From Pseudomonadota bacterium (GTDB lineage: Bacteria > Pseudomonadota > Gammaproteobacteria > RBG-16-57-12), in the NCBI GenBank assembly GCA_040752855.1, contig JBFMHP010000031.1:10340-74339 (forward strand): DNA of 64,000 nucleotides. Reading direction: 5' to 3'. A program made the position numbers and the translations under genes. The notes beneath the pieces were generated by a model. That model had not been told where the DNA came from. It saw only the letters and a program-made list of their open reading frames with translations, and ran no database searches. Below, one piece after another: positions 9,877 to 19,326 of this stretch. The first letter of the stretch is position 1; every line of letters begins with the position of its first letter.

Positions 9877-10938
9877 TTAATGATCGGCCCATTGATAAGG
9901 AAGTTTATTAATTTTTATTTCAGGCCCCTGGGCATCGCCCAAGTGCAGCCGGCCGTGCTCGGCGGCATCGATTTGCAATACGGCCAGCAGATCGCAACCG
10001 CCGCTGGGCGTGGGCTGGGCGTCGACGATCTTGCCGACGGCCCCCTCTTCGCCGGTGTGCGCCCCGAAAACGCTTTCACCGGGGCGCGGCAGGGTGTCGG
10101 ACTGGGTATTGCACAGATACATCCGCCGTTTCTGTTTCCCGAGATATTGGGAGCGGGCCACGACCTCCTGTCCGGGATAACAGCCCTTGGTGAAACTCAG
10201 TGCACCGATCTCCTGGAAATTCGCCATTTGCGGGACGAAGGCCTCGCTGGTCGCCGCATAGATGGCTGGAATCCCCGCCCAAATATTGTGCAGCCGCCAG
10301 ATGTGACTGCCCACGGGGGCAGCATGGACATTAAGACGCTCCCAGATCTTCTTGATGTCCTCGAGCTTGCCCAGGATTTCATAGCGCGGATGCAGGCCGG
10401 GGATGTGGAGGAGGGTGAGGTTGTCGTGATGGAGCACATCATTGGGCTTGGCGGGCAGCGCTTGTATCGCCTCTTGGGCGAGTCGGGTGATGTCCGGGCC
10501 GGTGCAGCCGATGCGGATGAAGCTTTCGCTGCTGTCGATGATCTCGACCTTCGCGCGCAACACGTACATCTGTAGCCGTTTCAGTACGGCCTCTTTCTGG
10601 TCGTGCGGCAATTGCAGATAGAAGGTGTCCAGGCGCTTGAAGAGCCGGAAGTTGGCCAGGATACGCCCCTTGGGGTTGACCAGGGCGTTGATCTGGCTCG
10701 AGGTCTCGCCGATGTTGCGCACGTCATTGCAGGTCATGTTCTGCAGGAATGATTGCGCGTCTTCTCCGCGCACGCCGATCAAGCCGAAGTTGGAAAGATC
10801 CATGAGGATGGGGCCGGTCTTGGCCACTTGCAGTTCCTGCTCGGGATTTCCGAAATGGATGACGCTGCCATTTTCAATGACCGCGCCGCAGGTGTGCTCA
10901 AGATATTTTTTCCACTCGTCTTTCATTCGGGTATCCAC
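9877..10938 (-). CDS. ygfZ: Folate-binding tRNA-modification protein YgfZ (CAF17 / aminomethyltransferase-like)
   Basis: Conserved C-terminal KGCYPGQE motif and a GcvT-like N-terminus. It is divergent from sdhC and sits next to sdhE-ygfX, as in the E. coli ygfZ/ygfY/ygfX neighbourhood. Confidence 0.8.
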   Translation of the reverse strand: MDTRMKDEWKKYLEHTCGAVIENGSVIHFGNPEQELQVAKTGPILMDLSNFGLIGVRGEDAQSFLQNMTCNDVRNIGETSSQINALVNPKGRILANFRLFKRLDTFYLQLPHDQKEAVLKRLQMYVLRAKVEIIDSSESFIRIGCTGPDITRLAQEAIQALPAKPNDVLHHDNLTLLHIPGLHPRYEILGKLEDIKKIWERLNVHAAPVGSHIWRLHNIWAGIPAIYAATSEAFVPQMANFQEIGALSFTKGCYPGQEVVARSQYLGKQKRRMYLCNTQSDTLPRPGESVFGAHTGEEGAVGKIVDAQPTPSGGCDLLAVLQIDAAEHGRLHLGDAQGPEIKINKLPYQWADH

Positions 10939-11043
10939 CAGCTGATTTGGGTCGATTAATCGTAGACAATCCTGTTAAGGATGTTAATACTTGTCCGATA
11001 AAGAAACTAAGAAAAACCGAATACTCCATCTAAATATAACCCT

Positions 11044-11427
11044 ATGGGTCTGACTAAAAAACGACCGGTCTTCCTCAATCTGCTGCAAATCCGCCTGCCG
11101 GTGACGGGTGTTGTTTCCATCCTGCACCGGGTCAGCGGCGTGGTGCTGGCTCTCTGCGTCCCGTTGTTGATCTATCTCTTCGATCTGTCGGTGCGCGGTC
11201 CGGAAGGTTACGCGCAAGCGCTGGACATGCTCGCGCATCCCGTGGTCAAGCTGCTCGCCACGTTGGGCCTCTGGATGCTGGGCTATCATGCGCTCAATGG
11301 CGTGCGCGTGTTGCTCATCGATATCGATATCGGCGTGCAAAAACCGGCGGCGCGGCGTTCCGCCTGGTGGGTGCATGGCGGTGCGACGCTGATCTTGTTG
11401 CTGGCCATCGCGGTGCTCTGGCGATGA
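11044..11427 (+). CDS. sdhC: Succinate dehydrogenase cytochrome b556 subunit
   Basis: Starts MGLTKKRPVFLNLLQIRLPVTGVVSILHRVSGV... and is the first gene of an sdhCDAB operon. Confidence 0.88.
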   Translation: MGLTKKRPVFLNLLQIRLPVTGVVSILHRVSGVVLALCVPLLIYLFDLSVRGPEGYAQALDMLAHPVVKLLATLGLWMLGYHALNGVRVLLIDIDIGVQKPAARRSAWWVHGGATLILLLAIAVLWR

Positions 11428-11765
11428 GCGGCGGTCTTGGCGGTTTTCGTCCCTGGTTTTTGCAGCGCGTCAGCGCGGTCTACCTGCTCGCCTATCTGAT
11501 CTTTTTCCTGGCGCAGGTGTTGGTCTGCCCGATCGAGGACTATGCCCGTTGGAAGGCGTGGCTGTCCGCGCCGGTCATCTGGATGGCGACGGCGTTGTTT
11601 TTCCTGGCGCTGTTCATGCACATGTGGGTGGGGCTGCGCGATGTGATCCTGGATTATGTCCATCCGTTCGCGCTGCGCGTGGTGTTGCTCACTGGGTTGG
11701 GTGCATTCCTGGCGGCGCTCTCGCTGTGGATCTTCCGGGCCTTGGTGGCGGTGGTGATGCTATGA
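11424..11765 (+). CDS. sdhD: Succinate dehydrogenase hydrophobic membrane anchor subunit
   Basis: MSGGLGGFRPWFLQRVSAVYLLAYLIFF... The start overlaps the sdhC stop (ATGA). The ORF-track start at 11367 is an upstream over-extension. Confidence 0.85.
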   Translation: MSGGLGGFRPWFLQRVSAVYLLAYLIFFLAQVLVCPIEDYARWKAWLSAPVIWMATALFFLALFMHMWVGLRDVILDYVHPFALRVVLLTGLGAFLAALSLWIFRALVAVVML

Positions 11766-13525
11766 ATATCGCGCGACGTAAATTCGATACCTTGGTGATC
11801 GGTGCCGGTGGCGGCGGCTTGCGCGCGGCCTTGCAGCTCTCGCAGGACGAGGCCGAGGTCGCGGTGGTCTCGAAGGTCTTCCCGACGCGTTCCCACACGG
11901 TGGCGGCGCAGGGCGGGATCAACGCCGCGCTGGCCAATGTCTCGCCGGACAACTGGCTTTGGCACATGTACGACACCATCAAGGGCAGCGATTATCTCGG
12001 TGACCAGGATGCGATTGAATACATGTGCCGCGCGGCCTCGCATCTGGTGATCGAACTCGAACACGCCGGGGTGCCGTTCTCGCGCCTGGATAACGGCAAG
12101 ATCTATCAGCGTCCCTTCGGCGGCCAGAGCCAGAACTTCGGCGGGGCCCAGGCGGCGCGCACCTGCGCGGCGGCCGACCGTACCGGGCACGCCATCCTGC
12201 ATGCCTTGTATCAGCAGAACATCCGCGCCAAGACGCATTTCTTCGATGAGTTTTTCGCCGTCGATCTGATCCGCGATGAGCAAGGCTACGTGCTCGGCGC
12301 GGTGGTGCTCGAGATCGAAACCGGCGAGCCGATGATCATCGAGGCCAAGACCACGCTGCTCGCCACCGGCGGAGCGGGGCAGATCTACCGCACCAACACC
12401 AATGCGCGCATCAATACGGGCGATGGTCTGGGCATGGCGCTGCGCGCCGGGATTCCGCTGCAGGACATGGAGTTCTTCCAATTCCATCCCACCGGCATCG
12501 CCGGCAAGGGCATGTTGATCACCGAAGGCTCGCGCGGCGAGGGCGGATATTTATTGAATAAGGACGGCGAACGTTTCATGGAACGTTACGCCCCGCATGC
12601 CAAAGACTTGGCCAGCCGTGATGTGGTCAGCCGCGCCATCTATACCGAGGTCAAGGAAGGGCGCGGCTGCGGGCCGAAGGCCGATCATGTGCTGCTCAAA
12701 CTCGATCATCTCGGCGCGGAGGTGGTGGAAAAGCGTCTGCCCGGTATCCGCCAGACCGTCAAGACCTTCCTCAATCTCGACCCGGCCTTCGAGCCGATCC
12801 CGATCTATCCCACCGCGCATTACACCATGGGCGGCATCCCGACCAACCGCCACGGCCAGGTGGTGGTGCCTGCTGGCAACAGCCCCGAGGAGGAGATTCC
12901 CGGTCTGTACGCGGCGGGCGAATGCGCCTGTGTCTCGGTGCACGGCGCCAATCGGCTCGGCGGTAATTCATTGCTCGATATCGTGGTGTTCGGCCGCGCC
13001 GCCGGCAATCACATCCTCTCCTATCTCAAGGAAACGCGTTATCACCGGCCAATGGATCAGAACAGCGTTGATCAGGCCTTGGCCCGGATCGCGCGCTGGG
13101 ATCAGAAGGGCGATGGTGAATCCATCGTCGGTCTGCGCGATGAGATGAAGCAGGTGATGGAGTTCTATTGCGGCGTGTTCCGCAACGAAGAGATCATGCG
13201 CGAAGGCGTGCAGAAGATGGTGGCGATCCAGGCGCGGTTGAAGGACGTGCGTTTGAAGGACCACAGCCGGATCTTCAATACTGCGCGCATCGAAGCGCTG
13301 GAGCTGGAAAATCTCGTCGAAGTGGCGCTGGCCACCGTGGTTTCGGCCGAGGCGCGCAAGGAGAGCCGCGGCGCGCATTCGCGCACCGATTTCACCGAAC
13401 GTGATGACGTGAACTGGCTCAAGCATACGCTGTATTTCAAGGAAGACCGGCGCCTTGAATACAAGCCGGTGCGTCTGAAACCGCTGACGGTGGAGTCCTT
13501 CCCGCCCAAGCTGCGCGTGTATTGA
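11762..13525 (+). CDS. sdhA: Succinate dehydrogenase flavoprotein subunit
   Basis: MNIARRKFDTLVIGAGGGGLRAALQL with the FAD-binding GxGxxG motif and the ATHYTMGG motif. The start overlaps the sdhD stop. The ORF-track start at 11549 is an over-extension. Confidence 0.92.
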   Translation: MNIARRKFDTLVIGAGGGGLRAALQLSQDEAEVAVVSKVFPTRSHTVAAQGGINAALANVSPDNWLWHMYDTIKGSDYLGDQDAIEYMCRAASHLVIELEHAGVPFSRLDNGKIYQRPFGGQSQNFGGAQAARTCAAADRTGHAILHALYQQNIRAKTHFFDEFFAVDLIRDEQGYVLGAVVLEIETGEPMIIEAKTTLLATGGAGQIYRTNTNARINTGDGLGMALRAGIPLQDMEFFQFHPTGIAGKGMLITEGSRGEGGYLLNKDGERFMERYAPHAKDLASRDVVSRAIYTEVKEGRGCGPKADHVLLKLDHLGAEVVEKRLPGIRQTVKTFLNLDPAFEPIPIYPTAHYTMGGIPTNRHGQVVVPAGNSPEEEIPGLYAAGECACVSVHGANRLGGNSLLDIVVFGRAAGNHILSYLKETRYHRPMDQNSVDQALARIARWDQKGDGESIVGLRDEMKQVMEFYCGVFRNEEIMREGVQKMVAIQARLKDVRLKDHSRIFNTARIEALELENLVEVALATVVSAEARKESRGAHSRTDFTERDDVNWLKHTLYFKEDRRLEYKPVRLKPLTVESFPPKLRVY

Positions 13526-13534
13526 GGGGGTGCT

Positions 13535-14227
13535 ATGCGTTTTCTGATCTATCGCTACAATCCCGAGACCGACCAGGCGCCTTACATGAAGGAATACGAG
13601 GTGGAGACCACCTCGGGGATGATGCTGCTCGATGCGTTGAAACTCATCAAGGAGATGGACGAGACCTTCGGCTTTCGCTTTTCCTGCGGCGAGGGTGTGT
13701 GCGGCTCGGATGCACTGAGCATCAACGGCCGCAATGGCCTTTCCTGCATCACGCCGCTCACCGAATTGAAAGAGCCGGTGGAGGTGCGCCCGGTGCCGGG
13801 GCTGCCGGTGATCCGCGATCTGATCGTGGACATGACGCAGTTCTATCATCAATACCGCGAGGTCAAACCGTATCTCATGCGCCAGGAGCCCGAGCCGGAG
13901 ACCGAGGTGCTCCAGTCGCCGGAGGATCGGGACAAGCTCGATGGCTTGTACGAGTGCATTCTGTGCGGTTGTTGCACCACCGCCTGTCCCTCGTTCTGGT
14001 GGAATCCCGACAAGTTCCGCGGCCCGGCCGCCTTATTGCAGGCCTGGCGCTTCCTCGCCGACAGCCGCGATCAGGCGACCGAGCAGCGTCTGGCGGAGCT
14101 GGAGGGGCCGTACCGCGTGTTCCGCTGCCACACCATCATGAACTGCGTGGACGTCTGCCCCAAGGGGCTCAATCCCACCGCCGCCATCGGTCACATTAAA
14201 AAGCTGATGCTGAAGAAGAACTCATGA
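13535..14227 (+). CDS. sdhB: Succinate dehydrogenase iron-sulfur subunit
   Basis: 2Fe-2S, 4Fe-4S and 3Fe-4S cysteine clusters are present (CGEGVCGSDALSING, CILCGCCTTACP, CHTIMNCVDVCP). Confidence 0.92.
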   Translation: MRFLIYRYNPETDQAPYMKEYEVETTSGMMLLDALKLIKEMDETFGFRFSCGEGVCGSDALSINGRNGLSCITPLTELKEPVEVRPVPGLPVIRDLIVDMTQFYHQYREVKPYLMRQEPEPETEVLQSPEDRDKLDGLYECILCGCCTTACPSFWWNPDKFRGPAALLQAWRFLADSRDQATEQRLAELEGPYRVFRCHTIMNCVDVCPKGLNPTAAIGHIKKLMLKKNS

Positions 14228-14466
14228 ACGAGCGCACCCGGCTGCAATGGCAGTGTCGGCGCGGCATGCTGGAATTGGATCTGCTGCTCCAGTCCTTTTT
14301 GGATCACGGCTATGACCGGCTCGATGCCGAGGCCAGGCAGGCGTTCGACCAACTGCTGGACTACCCCGATCAATTGCTGCTGGAATATCTGATGGAACTC
14401 TCCCAACCCCTCGATGCAAGGATCGCGCATGTCATCAAGTGTATTCGACAGACCGCTGCGGCTTGA
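14224..14466 (+). CDS. sdhE: FAD assembly factor SdhE (DUF339; YgfY/CptB family)
   Basis: 80 aa with the RGMLELDLLL motif. Its start overlaps the sdhB stop (ATGA). Confidence 0.85.
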   Translation: MNERTRLQWQCRRGMLELDLLLQSFLDHGYDRLDAEARQAFDQLLDYPDQLLLEYLMELSQPLDARIAHVIKCIRQTAAA

Positions 14467-14890
14467 GCTCAAGCCTTCCCGTTATTTGTACCTTCTCATT
14501 CTGATCGGCTACGGCGGCGCGCTGTTGCTGCTCTGGCTGACGCCGTTGTGGTGGCCGGTGAAGCTGTTGTTGACCTTGGCGCTGCTGGGTGATGGGTGGC
14601 GGCAGGTGCGCCGGCATGTCTGGTACCGTCATTGCGCCGCCATCCCGGCATTGATCTGGCACGAGGATGGGCGCTGGGTGGTGCCGGGGGACGGGACGAG
14701 GGAAGACAGCGAACTGACGCTCAAACAGTCCTTTGTCCATCCCTGGTTGGTGGTGCTCAACTTCGCGGCGGGACGCTGGAGAACGAACTCAGTGGTGATC
14801 CTGCCCGATGCCCTGGAGCACGACACCTTCAGGCGCTTGCGTGTGCGTCTCCGGATGGAGGGAGGTAGTTCGGCGGCGCAAGCACCGTAG
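14429..14890 (+). CDS. ygfX: YgfX/CptA-like inner-membrane protein, partner of SdhE
   Basis: Two N-terminal TM helices ([36 protein letters not shown]). It sits immediately downstream of sdhE, overlapping it, as in E. coli ygfY-ygfX. The ATG at 14429 is preferred because it has an AAGGA SD. Confidence 0.65.
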   Translation: MSSSVFDRPLRLELKPSRYLYLLILIGYGGALLLLWLTPLWWPVKLLLTLALLGDGWRQVRRHVWYRHCAAIPALIWHEDGRWVVPGDGTREDSELTLKQSFVHPWLVVLNFAAGRWRTNSVVILPDALEHDTFRRLRVRLRMEGGSSAAQAP

Positions 14891-16472
14891 GCCGGGGTGT
14901 GTGCCGGGTGTCAGGGGTTGGGTAGTCCAGCGTGTAATGCAGTCCGCGACTTTCTTTGCGCTGCATCGCGCACTCGATGATCAGCGCGGCGACTAAGACC
15001 AGGTTGCGCAGTTCGATCAGGTCGTTGGTGACGCGGAAGTTGCCGTAATACTCATCGATTTCGTTGGTCAACAGCTCGACGCGGCGCTTGGCGCGCTGCA
15101 GGCGTTTATCGGTGCGCACGATCCCGACGTAGTCCCACATGAAGCGGCGCAGTTCATCCCAGTTATGCGAGACCACCACTTCTTCATCCGAATCCGCCAC
15201 CCGGCTCTCATCCCATGCCGGAATCGGCGGCGGCGCGGGCAGCTGCGGCAGACGCGCGATGATGTCTTCCTGTGCCGACTGCGAGAACACCATGCATTCG
15301 AGCAGGGAGTTGCTGGCCATGCGATTGGCCCCGTGCAGTCCGGTGTAAGCCGTTTCCCCGATGGCGTAGAGATTATCGATATCGGTGCGTCCGCGCAGGT
15401 CGGTCTTAACGCCGCCGCAGGTGTAATGCGCCGCCGGCACCACCGGGATGGGCTCACGCGTGATGTCGAAGCCGAATTCCAAGCATTTTTGATACACGTT
15501 CGGGAAATGCTTGATGATGAAGTCCGCTGGCTTGTGGCTGATGTCGAGATACACGAAGTCCGAACCCAGGCGCTTCATTTCATGGTCGATGGCGCGTGCC
15601 ACGATATCGCGCGGTGCGAGTTCCTCCCGGGGGTCGAAACGGTGCATGAAACGGCTGCCGTCGGGCAGGCGCAGCGTGGCCCCTTCGCCGCGCAAGGCCT
15701 CGGTAATGAGGAAGGATTTCGCCTTCGGGTGATACAGGCAGGTCGGATGGAATTGAATGAATTCCATGTTCGCCACCCGGCAGCCCGCGCGCCAAGCCAT
15801 GGCGATGCCATCGCCGGTGGAGACGTCGGGATTGCTGGTATACAGATACACCTTGCTCGCCCCGCCGCTGGCCAGCACCGCCGCGCGGGCGCTGATGGTC
15901 TTGACGCGCCCGGTATCCCGGTCGAAGACATAGGCGCCCACCACCTGATTGCCGGGCAGCCCCAGTTTGCGCGAGGTGACCAGATCAATGGCGATGTGGC
16001 GTTCGTGGATCTTGATGTTGGGGTGTTGCCGTACCTGATCCACCAAGGTGGTCTCGATGGCGCGCCCGGTGGCATCATCGGCATGGATCACGCGGCGATG
16101 GCTGTGCCCGCCTTCCCGGGTGAGGTGGAACTCGCTGCCGCCGGCGTCCTCACCCGAGGCTCGGGTGAATTTGACACCCTGTTCCACCAGCCAATGGACC
16201 TGCTCGGCGCCGTGCTTGACGACATGCCTGACCACCCCTTCGTCGCAGAGACCGGCCCCGGCATCGAGGGTATCCGCCAGGTGCGACTCAATCGAATCCT
16301 GATCGTCCAGCACCGCCGAAATCCCGCCTTGGGCATAGAAGGTGGAGCCCTCCGTGAGGCCTCTTTTGGCAATCACACAGACCTTGGCATGGTCCGCCAG
16401 GCGCAAGGCGAGGCTCAGCCCGGAGACGCCGCTGCCGATGATCAGGATGTCGCAATGGTGGTCAGCATTCAT
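14829..16472 (-). CDS. nadB: L-aspartate oxidase
   Basis: N-terminal FAD dinucleotide-binding motif ([15 protein letters not shown]) and the C-terminal [14 protein letters not shown] motif. Divergent from rpoE, as in E. coli. Confidence 0.9.
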   Translation of the reverse strand: MNADHHCDILIIGSGVSGLSLALRLADHAKVCVIAKRGLTEGSTFYAQGGISAVLDDQDSIESHLADTLDAGAGLCDEGVVRHVVKHGAEQVHWLVEQGVKFTRASGEDAGGSEFHLTREGGHSHRRVIHADDATGRAIETTLVDQVRQHPNIKIHERHIAIDLVTSRKLGLPGNQVVGAYVFDRDTGRVKTISARAAVLASGGASKVYLYTSNPDVSTGDGIAMAWRAGCRVANMEFIQFHPTCLYHPKAKSFLITEALRGEGATLRLPDGSRFMHRFDPREELAPRDIVARAIDHEMKRLGSDFVYLDISHKPADFIIKHFPNVYQKCLEFGFDITREPIPVVPAAHYTCGGVKTDLRGRTDIDNLYAIGETAYTGLHGANRMASNSLLECMVFSQSAQEDIIARLPQLPAPPPIPAWDESRVADSDEEVVVSHNWDELRRFMWDYVGIVRTDKRLQRAKRRVELLTNEIDEYYGNFRVTNDLIELRNLVLVAALIIECAMQRKESRGLHYTLDYPTPDTRHTPRPTVLAPPNYLPPSGDAHASA

Positions 16473-16575
16473 GAAAATAAAGTGATATTTTAGTAAAAAC
16501 AGTATGTTATGCTATATAAGACAAGTGCTATTGTGAATTAATTTCATATAATACGCCAGATACGGGCAATTTTAG

Positions 16576-16604
16576 CGAACTATCCTGAAAAGCCTTGGTC
16601 TACT
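16576..16604 (+). promoter_or_regulatory. Candidate sigma-E (ECF) dependent autoregulatory promoter of rpoE
   Basis: cGAACTA-16 nt-TCTAct matches the GGAACTT-N16-TCTGA sigma-E consensus. It lies 50-80 nt upstream of the rpoE ATG. Confidence 0.5.
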
Positions 16605-16654
16605 ATCGATGCGGGCAAGCAGTTTCGCCCGCTGGGGAAAGGAGAAAGGCCCGA

Positions 16655-17233
16655 ATGGGCGAACAGAATTCTGATCGGGAGCTGGTTGAACGAGTTCAGA
16701 AGGGTGATAAAAAGGCATTTGATCTGCTGGTGGTCAAATACCAATACAAAATCATCAAACTGGTCTCCCGTTACATCCACGAGCCGAGCGAGGCCCAGGA
16801 TGTCGCCCAGGATGCCTTTATCAAGGCCTACCGGGCCTTGCCGAGCTTTCGGGGTGAGAGCGCGTTTTATACGTGGTTGTATCGGATTGCGACCAATACC
16901 GCCAAGAACCATTTGGTGGCGCAGCAACGCCGGCAGACCGATGTGGTGATCGATGATGAAGAGGCGCTGCAGCGGGAGAGCAAAATCGGACTCGACGATA
17001 TCGAGACTCCGGACAATGTGCTGATCAGGGACGAGGTGGAGAGAACGGTATTCGAGGCGATCGAGAGCTTGCCGGACGATCTCAAGACAGCGATATCGCT
17101 GCGCGAGCTCGACGGACTGAGCTATGAAGAGATCGCCGAGGCGATGGACTGCCCTGTCGGTACCGTGCGTTCACGGATCTTCCGGGCGCGTGAAACAATA
17201 AGCAACAAGTTACGGGCATTATTGGGCGAATAG
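16655..17233 (+). CDS. rpoE: ECF sigma factor sigma-E (RpoE/AlgU)
   Basis: MGEQNSDRELVERVQKGDKKAFDLLVVKYQ... with sigma-70 regions 2 and 4 and a GGAGAAAGG SD. The ORF-track start at 16595 is an over-extension. Confidence 0.9.
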   Translation: MGEQNSDRELVERVQKGDKKAFDLLVVKYQYKIIKLVSRYIHEPSEAQDVAQDAFIKAYRALPSFRGESAFYTWLYRIATNTAKNHLVAQQRRQTDVVIDDEEALQRESKIGLDDIETPDNVLIRDEVERTVFEAIESLPDDLKTAISLRELDGLSYEEIAEAMDCPVGTVRSRIFRARETISNKLRALLGE

Positions 17234-17250
17234 ATCTTGAGGAATCGGCA

Positions 17251-17844
17251 ATGAGCAATTCGGAGCAAGTGGGGACTCAGGTTTCATCGTTTGTGGATGG
17301 CGAGATGACGCAGGCCGAGGTGGAGCTGTTACTCAAACGCCTGAGCCAGAATGAGGAGTTGCAAAGGCAGTGGCGTTATTCCCATCTGATCAGTGACACC
17401 CTGAAAAACCAGCTTCCCGCTCAGATCGATTCCGGGTTTGCCGCGCGGGTCTCCCTGGCGCTCAGCAGCGAAGCGGCGCATACTCATAATGGGGCGCGCC
17501 GGGCGTCGTTATTCAAGAAGGTGGCCGGCGGGGCGGTGGCCGCCTCGGTTGCCGCCATGGGTGTTGGGGCCGTATTGCTTGTGGCGCAGCAGCAGGGCGG
17601 CATCACGAACCTTGCCAGCATGACAGCGCAAGGGCAGCAGCCCGCCGAGAAGATAGTCTTTGCCGCTTCCGGTCAGCGCGGCGGCAATGAAGCCGTAGTG
17701 CTGGTGGGTGCGAACGAGGCGGCAAACCCGCAGATCGATTCGCGCATGAACAAATATCTGGTCAATCATAGCGAATACGCTGTTGGCGTGAATATGCAAA
17801 GTGTACTGCCGTACGCCAGGATAGTGGGGCAGCCGGTAAAGTAA
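17251..17844 (+). CDS. rseA: Anti-sigma-E factor RseA/MucA
   Basis: N-terminal anti-sigma domain (SSFVDGEMTQAEVELLLKRLSQNEELQRQWRYSHLISD) and a single TM segment. Confidence 0.85.
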   Translation: MSNSEQVGTQVSSFVDGEMTQAEVELLLKRLSQNEELQRQWRYSHLISDTLKNQLPAQIDSGFAARVSLALSSEAAHTHNGARRASLFKKVAGGAVAASVAAMGVGAVLLVAQQQGGITNLASMTAQGQQPAEKIVFAASGQRGGNEAVVLVGANEAANPQIDSRMNKYLVNHSEYAVGVNMQSVLPYARIVGQPVK

Positions 17845-17856
17845 TCGTGGAGTCTT

Positions 17857-18843
17857 ATGCGTGCAGTTCAGTGCTACTGGCTTTTGCTGATCACCGTTTT
17901 TTCCGGGAGCGCATTCGCCGAAAATAACACGCATAACGCCATGGAGTGGCTCGACCGTATGATTTCTGCGCAGCAGAAACTCAATTATCATGGCACCTTC
18001 GTTTATTTTCATGACGGCAACCTCGAATCGATGAAGGTGTTTCACGCCTCCGGTGAGGCCGGGGAGCGAGAGCGGTTGATCCATCTTAACGGCACCGCCC
18101 GTGAGGTGGTGCGCAACAACGACATCGTTACCTGCATTTTTCCGAACGATAAGCTCGTGGTCGTGGACAAGCGCCATGGGCGGCGCGGTTTTTCGCCCTT
18201 GCTCAGCACCAAGAACATCGCGGCCTTCGAGCAGAATTACCGATTGCAGCTTAGTGAAAAAACCGATCGTGTTGCCGGTCAGATGGCGCGCCTGATCGAA
18301 GTCGAGCCCAAAGATGCCTTTCGTTACGGCTACCGGCTCTGGGTGAATGATCAGGGATTGCTGTTGCGCGCGGATCTGGTCGATGAAAACAAGAAGCTCA
18401 TTGAGCAGATCATGTTCACCGAACTCACCGTGGTGAACGACATACCGCATGATGTGCTCATTCCGTCAATCGATTTGACCGGATTTGTCTGGTATCGCCA
18501 GGATCAAATCGTGGATATGGCCAACAATCAAAGTGAAGCCGGTTGGAAGGTCGGGGTGCTGCCCAGGGGGTTTGCGCTCAAGCTCTATCATCAACGCAAG
18601 CCGGAAAAGGCCGGTGAGAACATGCTGGAGCATCTGGTGATCACCGACGGCCTCGCGTCGATCTCGGTTTTCATCGAGCCGACGCCCGCGGATGCCAAGC
18701 AGGAGATCAAGACCTTTCAGATGGGTGCGCTGAATGTGCACACCACCTTCAAGGGTGAATATCAAGTAACAGTGTTGGGCGATGTGCCGTCGGCGACGGT
18801 GCAGAAGATCGCGCAATCCGTCACCAGGGTAAGCAGGAAATGA
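17857..18843 (+). CDS. rseB: Sigma-E regulatory protein RseB/MucB
   Basis: Signal peptide followed by the conserved MucB/RseB domain. Third gene of the operon. Confidence 0.85.
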   Translation: MRAVQCYWLLLITVFSGSAFAENNTHNAMEWLDRMISAQQKLNYHGTFVYFHDGNLESMKVFHASGEAGERERLIHLNGTAREVVRNNDIVTCIFPNDKLVVVDKRHGRRGFSPLLSTKNIAAFEQNYRLQLSEKTDRVAGQMARLIEVEPKDAFRYGYRLWVNDQGLLLRADLVDENKKLIEQIMFTELTVVNDIPHDVLIPSIDLTGFVWYRQDQIVDMANNQSEAGWKVGVLPRGFALKLYHQRKPEKAGENMLEHLVITDGLASISVFIEPTPADAKQEIKTFQMGALNVHTTFKGEYQVTVLGDVPSATVQKIAQSVTRVSRK

Positions 18844-19310
18844 TTGAAGAAACGGCGCGTGTCGTTGCGATTGAGGGAGAATTTGCCTGGGTGGAGACCG
18901 AGCGCAAGTCCACTTGCCAAAGCTGCGCTGCAAACAAAGGCTGCGGTACCGCGGTTTTGAGTCAAACGGTCGGAAAGCGCCTGGCCAGGATGAAGGCCTT
19001 GAACGAGGCAAAGGCGCGCGTGGGCGCGCGGGTTTTGGTCGGTATCGATGAGCAGGCCTTGGTCAGGGGGTCGCTTGCCGTTTACGGCGTGCCGCTTGCC
19101 TGCATGCTGGGTGCGGCCATCGTGATGGATCTCTTGGTGGGCGCGGAGCTCGCCGTTATACTGGGCGGGATGCTGGGGCTGGCGGGCGGATTTTTCTGGC
19201 TCAGGTATTTCGCGGAACGCATCAGCAAGAATGCGAACTATCAAGCCGTTATATTGCGGGAAATCGCGCAAGATCAGCCTACCATTGTCCTGCATTCGGT
19301 GCAGTCTTAA
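18840..19310 (+). CDS. rseC: RseC/MucC family protein
   Basis: CxxC motif (CQSCAANKGCG) and two C-terminal TM helices. Its start overlaps the rseB stop. Confidence 0.8.
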   Translation: MIEETARVVAIEGEFAWVETERKSTCQSCAANKGCGTAVLSQTVGKRLARMKALNEAKARVGARVLVGIDEQALVRGSLAVYGVPLACMLGAAIVMDLLVGAELAVILGGMLGLAGGFFWLRYFAERISKNANYQAVILREIAQDQPTIVLHSVQS

Positions 19311-19326
19311 TCATTCAGGAGTATTT

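Noticed and set aside
16595-16654. ORF-track N-terminal extension of rpoE (MVYYRCGQAVSPAGERRKARM...)
   Set aside because: The extension covers the candidate sigma-E promoter and has no SD. The conserved RpoE N-terminus starts at M16655, which is preceded by GGAGAAAGG.
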